Source of the DNA: Cetorhinus maximus
Lineage: Eukaryota
Length of the DNA: 64,000 nucleotides
Assembly (NCBI RefSeq): GCF_964194155.1
Contig: NC_135892.1
Span: 80,352,001 to 80,416,000 of the forward strand
Direction of reading: 5' to 3'
Made by a program: the position numbers and the translations under genes. This document shows, piece after piece, positions 61,515-64,000 of this stretch (its first letter is position 1; the number at the start of each line of letters is the position of its first letter). The notes below the pieces were generated by a model. That model made no database searches, was not told the DNA's origin, and was given only the letters and a program-made list of their open reading frames with translations.

Positions 61515-64000
61515 GGGAGGAATCGTCCCAGATTTGCATTAAGTGTGGTAGCGGATGGGTACATTTTACCTGCCAGCCGCAAGGGCGGCTTTTCACACTG
61601 TACCATCCCAAACCCGCCGCATTAATTGTGCATTCCTGGCAAACATGCCGTTTTCATGGTGGGTGGGGTCTCATTCGGCTGCCACGCCATTACCTCACCA
61701 TTTCATCATCCCAGGTGCCATATTTAAAGTGTAGCCGCGAGCACATGTCTCAGTGTTTACAGCCTGCGATTGCTGCAAAGAAGACATGGCCCTGAAAAGC
61801 AAAAAGACTGAAGCCCCCAGGTTCAATGACTCATCCCTCGAGGGCCTTTTGGATGTAGCGGAGGCTTACCATGAATGTCCTCTACTCCGGCTCTGGCCGC
61901 AAGATGGGCAGCAACATCACTAATCCGGCTTGGGAGGTGGTGGCGAAGGTGGTCAGCACCAATGCCCTGCAAAAGAGGGCAGTCACCCAGTGTCACAAGA
62001 GGATGAATGATCTCTTCTGTTCCACCAGGGTAAGTCACTCTGCTCATCACTCTCATAAACCGATCACACATCCACAAGGCCCATACTCACTGCCAGTTCA
62101 AGGGACATCATCATTCACTCTCTCACACACACCTTCATTGTCCTCATCCCGTCCATGGGACCACTCACCACCTACACCTGCCAGGCATACTTACCATCTG
62201 GGCTGGCAGGCATCCTGCTTACACTCTCTCCATCTCTTTTCGTGCAGGACAAGCTGGTACACAACAAGAGGGAGAGGTCGCAGGCTGGTGGAGGAATGCC
62301 TGTAATCAAGGTCCTCCAGACTTTGAAGATAGAGTCATCCAGCTGGCCGGTGAGGATCTGGACTGTTCCTGTGCTGACAATGAGGATCCAGTAGTACACC
62401 ATCCATCAGACAACCATGCTGTGAGTGATGTGTCCTGTTTCACAGGCCACCATCATGCACTAATTATCTCTCCTTGCTTTCGCAGGCACATCTGGGAAAC
62501 TGCCAAAGGAGTCCATGGCCCAGGGCCTCCGATCAAGCCTTGAGGGAGGCTAAGAAGAGGAATCCGCTGAAACACTCCCTGAAGACCATCACAGCGCTCA
62601 CCCACCCCCTCCGCCAGTGCAGAGACACACACCTCCGTGGGACCTAGCTTTAGAATAGCCTCGAGATCAAAATCTGGTGAGCACATTGCACTTTCTGAAC
62701 CATCGGAGGAGGCAGCAGGGACTTCCCAGGTCCCCGGCACTTGGAGGACTGCTGGAGGCCAGAAAATTGCTGAGTCCAAGTCAGATGACGAGCCTCTGGA
62801 CTCGGTCATGTCACAGTTGCTCGAGCTGCAAAGGCAAGCTCTGGAATATCAGAAAGGGATGTCCTTTTCACTCCTCTGATTGCAAGGCATGATGGAGGAG
62901 TCCGTCCGCCTTCAGGTTGAGATGATAACGCCGGCATGCCAACACATCAAGGTCAACACTGCTAGGATGGCAACGCCATGGAGACCTTGGTCCAGGATGT
63001 CACTCCTGCACTGCTGAGCAGGCTGAACTTCATTGCTGACACCATAGTTGGCCTCCAACAGTGTGTATGTGAGAGGGGTGTGGGGCAGCCCGATCTCACT
63101 CCACGTACCCCCATCTCATTGAGGAGTCAGCCAGGGGCCCTTGGACACCCATAGGGAGGAGGATCAGCAGGTATACCCCGCCACCGCCACCCCCCCCACC
63201 CACCCCCACCCCACCCCACCTCCCTCCCCCCCTCCCCCACCTCCCGGGGCCATCCATCCAGGTGAGTCCGGGAGTGTCTGGTCCATCTGAATCCCTTCTT
63301 CCTGTGACCTCAGCAGCTCCTGCTCTACTGACCGAGGAGAGTGCCACTGATTGTGGCAGGGCCCCGAAAGCATGCCGTGGTGACAGGGTTAGGAAGGTTA
63401 AGAAGATGTAGTTGCACAGCCTGGGCATGGGTGTTAATCATTTGTACATAATGTTCACCATTGTCAATAAACTCCCAAGAATGTCTCCCTGCCTATTGCT
63501 CCTTGTTCTGATGAGTGGTCTTCGTGTCACATGATGTGAAATCTTTCTGCACAAGATAAAGGCAGGTATCTCAATACCTGTGCTTTGTGCAGTTTCAGAC
63601 CAAAGTGATGGTCAGGCCTCACAATCCCTGGACACATTACTGATGCCTGCACCTTCACGGTGCTTGTCATTGCTGCCAGAATGTTGTGGGCAGGTGTCAC
63701 AGAGTTCCATCATTCTCTCTGTGTGCTCCCAGCACGCTTAAGATGGGACTGGCCCTCATCTCTTCAGCATCTGTGACGAGTGACACTGTGCTCCTGACGG
63801 GCTCAGGTGCTGAACGCAGACAAAGGATCAGCTGTTTTTAAAGTTTCGTGGCTGCATCTCTATGATATGACCCAGATCACAGAGCGCAAGCGTGCTGCCC
63901 TCGGCCAGACAGGAGTCAGACATTCTCAGATGCTATGTGAAGATCTATGGAGTGTGCTCACTGCATGTCGTCATCATCCTTCTGCGATCAAGCGACTATC
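61515..64000 (+). mobile_element. Harbinger family B element running off the window end
   Basis: Left end gggaggaatcgtcccagatttgc; Myb gene (+); 63958-64000 minus reads IVA*SQKDDDDMQ*, probably the transposase C-terminus. Confidence 0.88.
61786..63411 (+). pseudogene. Harbinger family B Myb/SANT gene, 3 exons, decayed
   Basis: MALKSKKTEAPRFNDSSLEGLL...PAWEVVAKVVSTNALQKRAVTQCHKRMNDL; donor at 62030, acceptors at 62247 and 62485; stop at 63409-63411. Confidence 0.87.

Noticed and set aside
63176-63246. C-run tract (G-quadruplex potential on minus), similar to 32365-32410 and 15235-15290
   Set aside because: Simple low-complexity expansions inside transposons; no evidence of function.
1-64000. 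CRISPR arrays, rRNA, true tRNA genes, prokaryotic operons
   Set aside because: None seen; the tRNA-like boxes belong to SINE heads and the DNA is vertebrate-type repeat-rich sequence.

Overview
Eukaryotic, repeat-dominated genomic DNA. The repeat families suggest a cartilaginous fish such as a shark; this is an inference, not a database result. I cannot confidently identify an intact host protein-coding gene. About 15 PIF/Harbinger-related DNA transposon copies span roughly 26 kb including nested inserts. They comprise two families of decayed two-gene elements (a HARBI1-type DDE transposase and a convergent three-exon Myb/SANT-trihelix gene) plus several MITEs. The window also holds a Mag-like Gypsy LTR element with both LTRs, a 5-bp TSD and its RT core deleted; CR1, L2-like, RTE and Tx1 LINE fragments; tRNA-derived SINEs; and Penelope remnants. 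The best leads are: (i) a Harbinger whose transposase slot holds an unrelated, decayed ORF-like segment (32.6-33.85 kb); (ii) short Penelope-derived insertions carrying minimal hammerhead-ribozyme motifs, one inside a perfect 63-bp hairpin; (iii) a Tx1 LINE inserted at the stop codon of a Harbinger Myb gene. Coordinates of old fragments are approximate and were read by eye.
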